Below, piece by piece: positions 1 to 9,299 of a DNA stretch of 64,000 bases (positions are counted from its first letter, which is position 1; each line of letters begins with the position of its first letter). The notes under the pieces are model-generated. The model was given only the letters and a program-made list of their open reading frames with translations. It made no database searches and was not told the origin of the DNA. A program made the translations under genes and the position numbers. This DNA comes from Acidimicrobiia bacterium (lineage in GTDB: Bacteria > Acidobacteriota > Vicinamibacteria > Vicinamibacterales > UBA2999): contig VFZH01000001.1 in the NCBI GenBank assembly GCA_016871255.1, positions 8,056 to 72,055 of the forward strand. Direction: 5' to 3'.

Positions 1-151
1 CCTGCACGTACTCCGAGTAGACCTGCAGGATCTCGACGTAGTCGTCGGCCGAGAACTTTCCGCGCTCCGCCGCCTGACTGATGTTCCACCCCGTGCTTGC
101 ACCGACGACGAGCGCGGCGACGATCAACGATATCCAGGCTGAACGAGTCAT
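1..151 (-). CDS. 5' end (about 50 codons) of an exported protein; the gene runs off the left edge of the window
   Basis: ATG at 151-149 is preceded by a GGAGG Shine-Dalgarno (cctcc at 156-160 on the + strand). Translation MTRSAWISLIVAALVVGASTGWNISQAAERGKFSADDYVEILQVYSEYV has a signal-peptide-like N-terminus. Too short to appear in the ORF track. Confidence 0.4.
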   Translation of the reverse strand, partial: MTRSAWISLIVAALVVGASTGWNISQAAERGKFSADDYVEILQVYSEYVQ

Positions 152-551
152 AGTGCCTCCGTCTCGGTTGAACATTGCGGTCGATCGGCGGGCCGTTGCG
201 GTCCGACCGGGTGCCCTCGTCTCCGGCGGCAGATCCCGGCTCGCCGGCCGACGTCCAGCCCAGCGAGCCTAGCACCGGGCGCCAGCGGGAAGCTTATCAA
301 AGCGAGCGTTCCAGCGTGCACGGGATGACACTGGCGTCACCGGTCGCGATTCGGGCCCGAATCCGACGGCATCAACAGCGCCCGAACGGCGCTCCAGCTG
401 CCCGTCATCGCGGTCGGGGCGCCGCTGCCGCTGTTCGTGTGGCCCCTGTCGGTGTCGTGTGGCCGCACGACGCCGTGCAGCAGCAGGGCTGCTGGTTCAC
501 AGCGCGCCGGCGCTGCGTCCTGCCCGGGCTCCGTTGCCCGGGTCGATCGCG

Positions 552-2045
552 TCACTTGAGCAGTTCCGTATCGGGGTACTGGGCCCTCCAGCCGAACCAG
601 AATGCGCGGTGTGCCGGGACGCGCGGCAGCCGCTCGTCCGCATCGCTCACGAGGGCCTCTGCAGTGACGCGCCACCGGTGTCCGCTTGAGTCGCGAACGT
701 GCCCATCCGGATCGCGCCTGGCGAACGAGTGCGTGCCACGCTCGTACACCCGATTCGCGCCATCCTTGGACGTCACCACGACGAACGCGCGTCCGCCGGC
801 GTCGAGGTTGAAGACGGGCTCGCGCTTCAGGCGATCGACGAACACCGCGACGGCTCGCGCGCCCGGGCCGATGAGCTCCCGGCGCAGCACCAGGACCTCG
901 GCTTTGTTCTTGAGGCGAGCGTCGATGCCAGGCACCTCGAACATCAGCCGATCGGTCCCGAAGTAGTCGCGATAGGCTGCGCCCTCGGCGTAGTCGCGGT
1001 CGAAGCCCGTGTCCAGCGAAAGGACCGTGGTCGCCGGGTGCTCGCGCCTCCACTCGCCCCAGGTCGTGGTCACCGCGGAGGTGAAGGCGAGCTGCAGACC
1101 GCTGTCGACCAGCGGGCCGACGACGGGCCTGCCTTCCAGCGAAGACCACAGGCTCCGCGTCTCCTCGTCGAACATCAACTTGTTCGAGCGATACAGCAGC
1201 CCGCTGGTGCCGAACGTGAAGCGTCGTCCGTTCACGTCGCTGAGATACGGAATCACCGTCCCGCAGAGCGTGCAATAGACGATGGTGAGATCGAGTCCTC
1301 CCAGTCGATCGGTGGCCATCTCGTGCCAGGCCAGGATCCGCTTCGGGTAGGCACGCGCTTCGCCGTTCACTTCGACGCCGAACACGACGTGACCGTCGCG
1401 GAGCCACTTCGCGGCCGTGGCGGTGATCGTTCGGGGCGAGCGGAGGGGAGGAATGCCGTTGACGCGAACGCCACCCCAGTCGATCTCGTCGAGCCGAATC
1501 GCGCTCTTGACGCGCTCGGGGAAGAACGTCTCGAACGCCGGGTCGATCTGGCCGTAGAGGGCCGCCTTGAACGCCGCGTAGTCGGGATGAGGCGCATACG
1601 GGCGCGCCCACAGCCATTGCTGCCCGGCGAGGAGGTCGTCGCCGAATCGCCGGCCGGTCTGCTGTTCCAGAAACGCAATGATCCGGCGGCGGGTATCCGC
1701 CCCTCGTGGTTGGAGGTTCGCGGGGGCGAAGTCGAACCGGCCGGCGAAGGGAGCGGACCCTGAATCCGGGTCGGCGTCCCGACCGGGTGTCGGTTGTTCA
1801 TCGCGCAACGCGTCAGGACGCGGCGGCGGAAGCAGCCTCGCGACGTCGAGGAACATCGCGGCGTACCCATCGCGCCACCGGGCGGCGATGGCATCGAACG
1901 CCTCGCGGGCGGCCCGGCGATCCGAGCCGGCGGCTACCAGGAACAGCTGCCACGGGGGGTCGCCGGCAGGTGCCTGACCGGCAAGGGCCGTCGCCAGCAG
2001 CCCGATGGCCAGGACACCCGCTGCAAGAGTCGGCCGTGACGACAC
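552..2045 (-). CDS. DUF3179 domain-containing exported protein
   Basis: ORF 552..2294(-) has a core with IVYCTLCGTVIPY and FGTSGLLYRSN, typical of DUF3179. The track start is probably too far upstream. GTG at 2045 gives the signal peptide MSSRPTLAAGVLAIGLLATALAGQAPA. Confidence 0.7.
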   Translation of the reverse strand: MSSRPTLAAGVLAIGLLATALAGQAPAGDPPWQLFLVAAGSDRRAAREAFDAIAARWRDGYAAMFLDVARLLPPPRPDALRDEQPTPGRDADPDSGSAPFAGRFDFAPANLQPRGADTRRRIIAFLEQQTGRRFGDDLLAGQQWLWARPYAPHPDYAAFKAALYGQIDPAFETFFPERVKSAIRLDEIDWGGVRVNGIPPLRSPRTITATAAKWLRDGHVVFGVEVNGEARAYPKRILAWHEMATDRLGGLDLTIVYCTLCGTVIPYLSDVNGRRFTFGTSGLLYRSNKLMFDEETRSLWSSLEGRPVVGPLVDSGLQLAFTSAVTTTWGEWRREHPATTVLSLDTGFDRDYAEGAAYRDYFGTDRLMFEVPGIDARLKNKAEVLVLRRELIGPGARAVAVFVDRLKREPVFNLDAGGRAFVVVTSKDGANRVYERGTHSFARRDPDGHVRDSSGHRWRVTAEALVSDADERLPRVPAHRAFWFGWRAQYPDTELLK

Positions 2046-2300
2046 CGATCCTCGTGGCCTCACGCCCGATTGTACGCTGGCCGCCCGGGCGCCGCACGGT
2101 GGCGGCGCCCTGCCCGTCGGCCGGCTCGGAGCCGCCGAGTCCCCACCCACCCCAGGCGCCCGAACTCGCGGATTCCAGGCTGGGCTGGCCCGCAAGGCTC
2201 TGCTGGGGCCCTGAGGGCGCGAGAGGTGAGCTGTCCGCGGCTCCCGAGAGGACCCCGAACGCAGGCAGCGGGCCTCGAGCACTCCCGGCACCACGCGCCG

Positions 2301-3650
2301 TCACTGGCGCTGATAGCGAAGGATGATGTCCCCGGTGCTGTCGCCGAGGTAGCTGACCTTCGTGTCGCCCACGATCGTCATCGGGATCGAGGGAAGCGGG
2401 AACACGAAGTCGCTCGACAGGAGGATGCCGCCGGGCCGAAGCATCTTCGCGATGTTCGCGAGCGCGAGCGACTGCTCGAAGACGCCGTAGTACACCAGGA
2501 CGTTGGTGGCCACGATGAGGTCGAAGCGTTCCCGTGCCGGCAGCTCGAGCCGCTCAAAGACGATATTCAGGTCCTCCGGCGTCACTGCCGACACCACGGC
2601 CGGCCGCACCTCCACGGCCTGGGTCTCGACAGCCCCAGCCTCCGGCGGCGGAGTGACCGAAGGCACCTCGCGACCGATCCTCTCGCCGAACCGTTTCCAG
2701 TACGCCACGAGGCGGGGGTTCCAAGGCAGATTCCCCGCCCTGGGCATCTGCAGGACGTAACCGTCCCCGGCACTGGCACGCGCCCTGGCGCCCATCACGT
2801 GCTGATGAATCCTCGGGCTCACGTCGAAGGTTGTCACACGCGGAGTCTCCAGGGAGAGGCCCAGGCGCAGCAACGAGTCGATCACCGCGAACGGCTGAAT
2901 GGTCTGGGGTGGATAGAAGTCATACCCGCTATCCTTGTCGGTGAAGTCGAGACCCGGCCCGACGATGGCTACGCGGCGGACACTGCCGGGCGCGAGCACC
3001 TTCTCGGCCAGCGTGGCATCGAGCGCCGCCTCGATCGCAAAGTGGCTGAACGTGGAGCTGTCGGACGCGAGTCCTCGATCGCGGAACAGCGTCGACTGCC
3101 GGTCGGCCGAAGCGGCCTGATACGCCGCCAGCTCCTCGAGGCCACGCGCGATGAGCTTCTCGAGATGCGTCCTGATCTCCGCGCCCGCCGCCGAGCCGCT
3201 CACGGCCACTCCCGACCGCTCCAGCACGCTCCTCGCAAACTGCAGACGCTCGTTCGCACCTGGCGCCAGAATCCCGTTCACCAGGTCGCTGAGGCGCGCG
3301 GCGAACACGGCGTCGGCCGCGGCGCGGTCCAGCACCTTCAGGCGGTCCTGTGTCAGGCGAGGCTGCTTCGTGAACGAGGTTCCGAACCAGAAGACGTTGA
3401 CGATGGAGTCCTCGTCGCCACGGGCCAGGCGGGAGCGTACCTCAGCGTCGCGACGCGCGGCCCAGCCGGGCCAGCGCTGCTCCCGCTGCGCCGGCGACCA
3501 CACCCGAATCTCATCGGGCAGCAGTTCCTGACGCAACGACGTCAGAATCGGCTCCACCTCGGAGTATGGGATGCTGCCCCTGCCCGCCGCGCCGGACGCG
3601 ACGCCCGCGCCCACGAGGACACCGAGCAGCGTCGCGCGCGTACGGGTCAT
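2301..3650 (-). CDS. class I SAM-dependent methyltransferase (CheR-like C-terminal fold) with a hydrophobic N-terminus
   Basis: ORF 2301..3650(-). C-terminal FDLIVATNVLVYYGVFEQSLALANIAKMLRPGGILLSSD resembles the CheR/class I MTase post-I/II motifs. N-terminus MTRTRATLLGVLVGAGVASGAAG is signal- or anchor-like. Confidence 0.7.
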   Translation of the reverse strand: MTRTRATLLGVLVGAGVASGAAGRGSIPYSEVEPILTSLRQELLPDEIRVWSPAQREQRWPGWAARRDAEVRSRLARGDEDSIVNVFWFGTSFTKQPRLTQDRLKVLDRAAADAVFAARLSDLVNGILAPGANERLQFARSVLERSGVAVSGSAAGAEIRTHLEKLIARGLEELAAYQAASADRQSTLFRDRGLASDSSTFSHFAIEAALDATLAEKVLAPGSVRRVAIVGPGLDFTDKDSGYDFYPPQTIQPFAVIDSLLRLGLSLETPRVTTFDVSPRIHQHVMGARARASAGDGYVLQMPRAGNLPWNPRLVAYWKRFGERIGREVPSVTPPPEAGAVETQAVEVRPAVVSAVTPEDLNIVFERLELPARERFDLIVATNVLVYYGVFEQSLALANIAKMLRPGGILLSSDFVFPLPSIPMTIVGDTKVSYLGDSTGDIILRYQRQ

Positions 3651-3855
3651 ATGGCCTCAGGCGAGGCAACAAGAGGCGCTGACACGGCTTGGCACTCACG
3701 ATCCGAGTGGAAGGACGGCCAGGCACGTTCTTGCACTCGTGGCTCCGTTGCTCCTCCCCTGATGGCCGGCCGTGGGGTCGGGGCCCCCATCCTTGTCGTC
3801 GGATGAAGGCCCCTCGCTCCCCTTCGTCCCCCGTCGCGGTTGCACCGCGCCGGAT

Positions 3856-6810
3856 CTACCAGTCGAACTGCCCGCCGAACTTGAAGAGCCGTCCGGCCAG
3901 AATCGCCGTCGGCTGACCCCACGTGCCACCGTAGGTGTTGTTCCGGGCCAACACGGTGTTGGCGTTGAAGATGTTGTACGCGTCGAAGTTCACCTGCACG
4001 CGTCCCCGGCCGAAGCGGAGGTTCTTGGTCAGGCGAACGTCGAGTTGGGTCAGGCGCTTCTCGAACAGGGTATTGGGAACCAGCAGAGGAACGCTGACCG
4101 TGCCGTTGCACACGGCGGCGCCCCGGCACTGTCCGAGGTTCCGCCCGAGTGACGGGGCGACCTGGGCGTTGACGAAGGTCGCGTTCGCTTGAATCGGAAC
4201 GCCCGCCAGGTTCTGCAGCACGGCGCTCGCCTGCAGGCCCCAGAGCGGCAGCGGGTAGGCGCCATTGAGTTTGAACTGCGTCTGGCCCTCCCAGGGGTTC
4301 GTCACCTCGCAGAACCTGGTCTGGAGCGTGTCGACGATCGTGTCGCAGCTGTCGGTGACCGTAACGGCGGTGCTGATTCCACCGCCGACGAACCCTCCGC
4401 TGCCGAAGCGAGCGTTCATCTCGACGTCGATTCCCTGGAACACCTCGGTTCGATCGCCGAAATCCGATGCCAACACCACCAGGTTCGAGATCTGCCCGAA
4501 CTTGGTCGGCGAGATGTCGGCGAGGCCGCAGACCTGGTTGCCCCCTCCGCCCGGCAGGCGCGCATCGGCCGGCGCCGTCACGCAGAAGGGGCTGGTATCA
4601 GCGGCCGTCACCAGCACGTTGTCGGTGGTGGTGAAGTTGCCGTACCAGGTTCGATAGTAGCCGGCGGCCAGCCCGACGCCGGGCCACAGTTCGTGCGACA
4701 TCGAGACGGCACCCTGCCAGTTGTAGCCTCGCGTCTTCCAACCGTTCAGCGACGCGTCGGACCACGTGGTGGTGCGAACGACGGTACCGAAGGCGGCGTT
4801 GGACAGCGGCCCGAGCTCCGACGCCTGAGGAACGAAGTCGCGGTTGGCGTCTGCCCATGTCCGGCTCGCGTTCGTCGAAATCGTGAGCTGCGGATTGTTG
4901 GCCATGGCGATCGACGTCGAGTCGCCCTGGACGAAATGCCCGAGCGACACCTTCAACGCCGTCCTGCCGTCCCCGAAAAGGTCGTACGACGCACCCATCC
5001 GTGGCGAGACGTCCTTGTAGTTGGGCACGTCGTCGATGGCCGCGAAGTCGATGGCCGGCGTATACGGGCCCGCCGGCTTGCTCTGCGCAGGGTTCCATTC
5101 GTGCAGGTAGTCGAAGCGGAGACCCAGATTGAGCGTCAACCGATCGAGCGTCCACTGATCCTGCACGAACGCGCCGATTCTGGTGACCTTCTGATTCGCG
5201 TTGATCGGCGCCGCATAGTAGGTGATCGACTGCGGCACCGGCGCGATCGCCGGGTTGGGCTGGATGAACACGTACTGATAGGCCGGGTCCATCGTGTAGT
5301 ACTGCGAGGAGCGGCCGTGGTACGTGGTGAGGCCGACCTTGAACGCGTGAGAGCCGGTGACGTACGAGAGCACCGCGCGATCGTTGAACTGAGGCCCTTC
5401 CATGTAGCTGATTCCAAGACACAACCCCATCCCTTCACGTGCCCCGTACACATACCCCGTGGACTGGTTCCGGACGCTGATCGCCCCCTTCGGCGCGCCC
5501 GTTGACGGGCGGCAGTCCAGCACGTTGTAGGAGTACGTCGCCCCGCCCTGCAGGAGCAGACGATTGGTCGGCGCGTAGGTCCACGTGCCCTGTGTCAGCG
5601 ACGTGGGCCAGTTGATCACGTCCACCGTCGCCTCGGGTGCGCGGTTGGCATCGACGCTCAGGATGCAGTTGCAGTTGTACTGGGTGCTCTGCATGAAGGT
5701 GAACTTGTGCTTGGATGCAACCTGCCAGGTGATCCGCCCGGTCCAGTCTCTGTTCCAATAGGGCTTGTAGGCGGGCCTGTTGAGATCGGGCGTGTAGAAC
5801 AGCGATTCGGGAGTCGCGTTGTAGTAGTTCCCCGTGGCGAACGTCGAGGCGCCCCAGTAGCGAGTCGTGCCGAAGAACCATACCTTGTCCTGCTGGATCG
5901 GACCACCGACGCTGCCGCCGATGTCATAGATCCGGCGGGTCGACGAACCGAACCGCAGCCCCCGTGCCCTGAGCGCATCGCTCAGGTTGTTGCTTTGGAG
6001 ATCGCCGGTGGTGCCGCTCGTCGTGAAGTTGTAGGCAAAGTTGTTGCCGCCGTCCTTCGGCACCACGGACATCTGAACACCGCCGGTCTCGCTTTCTGCC
6101 GTCAGCCCGCCGGTCGTCAGGACGATCTCCTGTACGAGCGCCTGGCTCACCATCCAGTTGCGGTAGTACCCGCCCTGATAGCCCCAGGCCTGCTGGTAGA
6201 TCATGCCGTCGACCATCATGCGCTGGTCCTGCTGGCGGTTGCCATGGATCATCATGGCCGAGGCCACCTCGCCCTGGTTGCCGCCCACGTCCTGCCCCAC
6301 ACCGACGCTCGCCTGCGTCATGCCGACCGTCATCGCCACGTAGCCCCCGATCGTCTTTCCAGTCGGGAGCGTGGCCAGCTTCTCGTTCGAAAGGACCGCC
6401 TGCGTCCGGACGTTCTGCACGTCGACGATCGGACTCGACCCGGCGACGGTCACCGTCTCCTCCAGCGTGCCGACCTTGAGCTCGGCGTTCACCGGAGCGG
6501 TGAACGCAGCGCTCAACTCGATCCCTTCCCGCTTGACCGTCCCGAAGCCCACCAGGGTGAAGGTCACCGAGTAGGTGCCAGGCCGGAGGTCGAGGATCTT
6601 GTACTGCCCTTCACCATCGGTCACCACCGTGCGAACCCGCTCGATCAGCGCCGGGCTCGAGGCTTCGACCGTCACGCCCGGGAGCACAGCGCCGGTCGTG
6701 TCCCTGACGACCCCCGCGATGTTCCCTGCCGCAAGCTGGGCCGAGGCGGTACTCGATGGCAGGGCAAGAACGGCAACTGCAAGCAGCGACGCACACCACT
6801 GTTTCCTCAT
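3856..6810 (-). CDS. TonB-dependent-receptor-like outer membrane protein with an N-terminal carboxypeptidase-regulatory-like domain
   Basis: ORF 3856..6855(-). The likely start is ATG 6810 (MRKQWCASLLAVAVLALPSSTASAQ) with GGAGAGGAG upstream. GVVRDTTGAVLPGVTVEASS...GQYKILDLRPGTYSVTF is a CarboxypepD_reg fold. The protein is about 985 aa, beta-rich, and ends in an aromatic residue (..GGQFDW). Confidence 0.85.
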   Translation of the reverse strand: MRKQWCASLLAVAVLALPSSTASAQLAAGNIAGVVRDTTGAVLPGVTVEASSPALIERVRTVVTDGEGQYKILDLRPGTYSVTFTLVGFGTVKREGIELSAAFTAPVNAELKVGTLEETVTVAGSSPIVDVQNVRTQAVLSNEKLATLPTGKTIGGYVAMTVGMTQASVGVGQDVGGNQGEVASAMMIHGNRQQDQRMMVDGMIYQQAWGYQGGYYRNWMVSQALVQEIVLTTGGLTAESETGGVQMSVVPKDGGNNFAYNFTTSGTTGDLQSNNLSDALRARGLRFGSSTRRIYDIGGSVGGPIQQDKVWFFGTTRYWGASTFATGNYYNATPESLFYTPDLNRPAYKPYWNRDWTGRITWQVASKHKFTFMQSTQYNCNCILSVDANRAPEATVDVINWPTSLTQGTWTYAPTNRLLLQGGATYSYNVLDCRPSTGAPKGAISVRNQSTGYVYGAREGMGLCLGISYMEGPQFNDRAVLSYVTGSHAFKVGLTTYHGRSSQYYTMDPAYQYVFIQPNPAIAPVPQSITYYAAPINANQKVTRIGAFVQDQWTLDRLTLNLGLRFDYLHEWNPAQSKPAGPYTPAIDFAAIDDVPNYKDVSPRMGASYDLFGDGRTALKVSLGHFVQGDSTSIAMANNPQLTISTNASRTWADANRDFVPQASELGPLSNAAFGTVVRTTTWSDASLNGWKTRGYNWQGAVSMSHELWPGVGLAAGYYRTWYGNFTTTDNVLVTAADTSPFCVTAPADARLPGGGGNQVCGLADISPTKFGQISNLVVLASDFGDRTEVFQGIDVEMNARFGSGGFVGGGISTAVTVTDSCDTIVDTLQTRFCEVTNPWEGQTQFKLNGAYPLPLWGLQASAVLQNLAGVPIQANATFVNAQVAPSLGRNLGQCRGAAVCNGTVSVPLLVPNTLFEKRLTQLDVRLTKNLRFGRGRVQVNFDAYNIFNANTVLARNNTYGGTWGQPTAILAGRLFKFGGQFDW

Positions 6811-6856
6811 AACCGCACTCCTCTCCTCCTTGGCCGGCACCCTCTGTTGGTCCACG

Positions 6857-8521
6857 TCAATCGAGCGGTTCGATCCGAATGAGCTGGGCAGTGTTCTTGT
6901 TGGGCAGCCAGATGGTGGCGCGCTCGGTCGCGTTGTCGGTCACGATCTTCCGGGCATCGTAGTAGACCGGCATCAGGTACTCGAGGATCTGCCCCGTCTT
7001 CGGGTCCAGACGCAGCAGGCGGTCGGTCCCGTGGCTCGACGCCCAGACGTTGCCGTGCTTGTCGGGGCGCGCGTTGTACGGGGAGCTGAACGGATGCTGC
7101 GTCGGGAACTCCTGAAACCGTTCTGCCCTGGTGTCGAACATCCCGATCTTGTCGCCGAAGAACTCGCCGAACCAGAAGCGGTCCTGGGCATCGATGTAGC
7201 CTCGGCGCGGGAATGCGTCCGGCGTCGGCGTCGGATAGAACGTCGCCACGCCCGTCTTCCCGTCGATCCGCGTGATCCCGGAGTTTCCGTAGCCGAACCG
7301 CCCGTAGTCGGGGAAGTACGCGTTGTCCTGCGAATCCCGGTCGACCATGTAGAGAGTGTGGGGACCGGTCAGCTGCGTGCGCCAGTCGAATTCATCGACC
7401 CTGCCGGTCGCGACGTCAAGCCTCAAAGCGGAGTGCGTCCAGACCGTCGTCGTGTTCGGGGCACGGAAGGGCGCCAGGAACGCACCGGCCGACCGCGGCA
7501 GATCGAAGGACCGCCAGGTGAGGCTGCGCGTATCGAACCGCGCCAGCTTCGGTCCCTGGACGTTGGCCCAGACACCACCGTCACGGTCTGCCTGGACGTC
7601 CATCAGGCCGACGACGCCGCCTTGCTGTGTGGAGTAGTTCGGCGCCGGATAGTCCGTGAACGTCGCCGTTTTCGGATCGAGCCTGCCCAGAAGGTCGTAG
7701 CCGGAATGGCCGTACCAGACGATGCCGCTGGCATCCACGTCCAGGTCGTGAATGACATTAGGCTGCTTCGGGATGTCGTACACCGTGATGATGGCGCGCG
7801 TGGCGCGTCCCGTGGGCCGCGGCAACGGGCGAAGTGGGTAGGCCCATGTCCCGCCCTGGCTCAGGTTGATGCTCGCCAGGTAGCTCGCCAGATCGCCGGC
7901 TGGATTGGTCCACCACGTGTCGGCCCCGGTCATGCCCCGCCACTTCTGCACCAGGACCGATCCCGAGTAATCCGGATGATAGCTGTTCATCCGCGCGATC
8001 ACAGGCATCCATTGCTCGGCCGTGTAGCGCGTCCGCAGAACGCGCTCCAGCGTGTGACAGAAGTTGCAGTTGATGACCTGCCGCTGCATCGCCTTCTTCT
8101 GCTCGCGGGTACCGGTGGCGCTGATGATCCATTCCTGGCTGGTCAACTGGGCCGCCAGATCACGGGTCTTCCCGAGCTTCAGGTCCACCGTCGCCTGCCG
8201 ATCCGCCTTCACGTCCGCGCGCGGCGATCCTTCGAGGTCGTACCCGGTGGCGCGGATCCGCAGGGCGTACTCGCCGGGCTGGAGGTGCGATCGTGGAAAG
8301 CAGTACCGCCCCTGCTCGTTGGTGGAAACGGTGACGGAGAAGGACGCCTCCTTCCGACGCGCCGTCACCAGGACGCCCTCGAGCCTTCCCTCCCCCTGGG
8401 CGGCGGCTACGCCGCACAGCGCGGGAGCGTCAGCCCCGGAGGCGTGAGGAGAGGGCGGCACGAGAAGCGATGCCGCAGCCGCAAGGGCCGCCATGACGCC
8501 GAGGCGAGCCTCTCTTCGCAT
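6857..8521 (-). CDS. exported protein: carboxypeptidase-regulatory-like domain, one CxxCH haem-c motif, and a beta-propeller-like (Vgb/SMP-30-like) region
   Basis: ORF 6857..8791(-). The likely start is ATG 8521 (MRREARLGVMAALAAAASLLV). GRLEGVLVTA...EQGRYCFP..PGEYALRI is CarboxypepD_reg-like. CNFCH sits within QVINCNFCHTLERV. The C-terminal half is repetitive and rich in W, D and G. Confidence 0.65.
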   Translation of the reverse strand: MRREARLGVMAALAAAASLLVPPSPHASGADAPALCGVAAAQGEGRLEGVLVTARRKEASFSVTVSTNEQGRYCFPRSHLQPGEYALRIRATGYDLEGSPRADVKADRQATVDLKLGKTRDLAAQLTSQEWIISATGTREQKKAMQRQVINCNFCHTLERVLRTRYTAEQWMPVIARMNSYHPDYSGSVLVQKWRGMTGADTWWTNPAGDLASYLASINLSQGGTWAYPLRPLPRPTGRATRAIITVYDIPKQPNVIHDLDVDASGIVWYGHSGYDLLGRLDPKTATFTDYPAPNYSTQQGGVVGLMDVQADRDGGVWANVQGPKLARFDTRSLTWRSFDLPRSAGAFLAPFRAPNTTTVWTHSALRLDVATGRVDEFDWRTQLTGPHTLYMVDRDSQDNAYFPDYGRFGYGNSGITRIDGKTGVATFYPTPTPDAFPRRGYIDAQDRFWFGEFFGDKIGMFDTRAERFQEFPTQHPFSSPYNARPDKHGNVWASSHGTDRLLRLDPKTGQILEYLMPVYYDARKIVTDNATERATIWLPNKNTAQLIRIEPLD

Positions 8522-8991
8522 CTGCTCGACCTCCGAAGGACGAACCACCGGGCAGGCCGAGTTCAGGCGGCGCCCGACATTGGAACGCGCTAGCGTACAC
8601 CCGGGCAGTCGCACGGGCAAGGCTTCGCGAAACCCCGCCACGCTCCTCGTTCTACGGCTCCGTTCGGTTCGCTGCGCGGCACCGGCCGAGCCGTCTGACC
8701 GTCGAGCGCCCGGCAGTCGTACCACTGCAGCCGTCCGCCGTCGTTGAGGGGCCCGTTCAGGTCGAACTTCTCCCGCAGCTCGATCTACCACTGCGTGAGC
8801 ACCGCGGAGGTGGTTTCAGCGCTGCCTCGGCGAACCAGCGGGGGAGGGGATCCTCGTACAACGCTCGATCTGCATTGCCAGGGAATCGGCCTCGCAATGG
8901 GCGGGAACGCGATTGGCCGCATGTGCCCGATCCACGCAACTGCCTGTGCACCAGGGGCTCGAATCGCGGTACTCGAATCGGCGAAGACCGC

Positions 8992-9026
8992 AAGAAAGGG
9001 GCTGCCGTTGCCGGCAGCCCTTTTTG
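8992..9026. terminator. GC-rich hairpin flanked by an A-run and a T-run (candidate bidirectional intrinsic terminator, downstream of tRNA-Arg on the minus strand)
   Basis: aagaaaGGGGCTGCCGttgcCGGCAGCCCtttttg: a 9-10 bp perfect stem and 4-nt loop, with TTTTT on the + strand and TTTCTT on the - strand. Confidence 0.5.
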
Positions 9027-9074
9027 TTCGTCTTCCGTCCCTTTGCAAACTCGATGCAAACTTGCAGGCAAAGG

Positions 9075-9151
9075 TGGTGCGCCCTGCAGGACTCGAACCT
9101 GCGGCCTCCTGGTTCGTAGCCAGACGCTCTATCCAGCTGAGCTAAGGGCGC
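9075..9151 (-). tRNA. tRNA-Arg (anticodon ACG), CCA encoded
   Basis: Minus-strand read: GCGCCCTTAGCTCAGCTGGATAGAGCGTCTGGCTACGAACCAGGAGGCCGCAGGTTCGAGTCCTGCAGGGCGCACCA. It folds with a 7-bp acceptor, GCTC/GAGC D-stem, CTACGAA anticodon loop and GCAGG/CCTGC T-stem with a TTCGAGT loop. Confidence 0.95.
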
Positions 9152-9251
9152 GTATCGGGTTGGGTCCGCGCACGGTCGGGGCTCCGACGCCCGCGCGGAA
9201 ACACTCACTATACCTCAGCCGAGCTCGTGCCCAGGCATCGTTGCAACCCGC

Positions 9252-9299
9252 GGTAGTGTCTGAATCATGCGTTGGCCAACGCATGATTCAGACACTACC
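9252..9299. repeat. 48-bp perfect palindrome (24-nt arms, no spacer)
   Basis: GGTAGTGTCTGAATCATGCGTTGG|CCAACGCATGATTCAGACACTACC. About 50% GC in a ~70% GC context. It makes the same peptide (SESCVGQRMIQTLP) appear in ORFs on both strands. Confidence 0.9.

Noticed and set aside
348-363. A 16-nt palindrome GATTCGGGCCCGAATC in the 400-nt gap downstream of the DUF3179 gene, considered as a possible terminator.
   Set aside because: There is no flanking T-tract, it lies 190 nt from the stop codon, and the stem is short. I saw nothing else distinguishing it from chance in GC-rich DNA.
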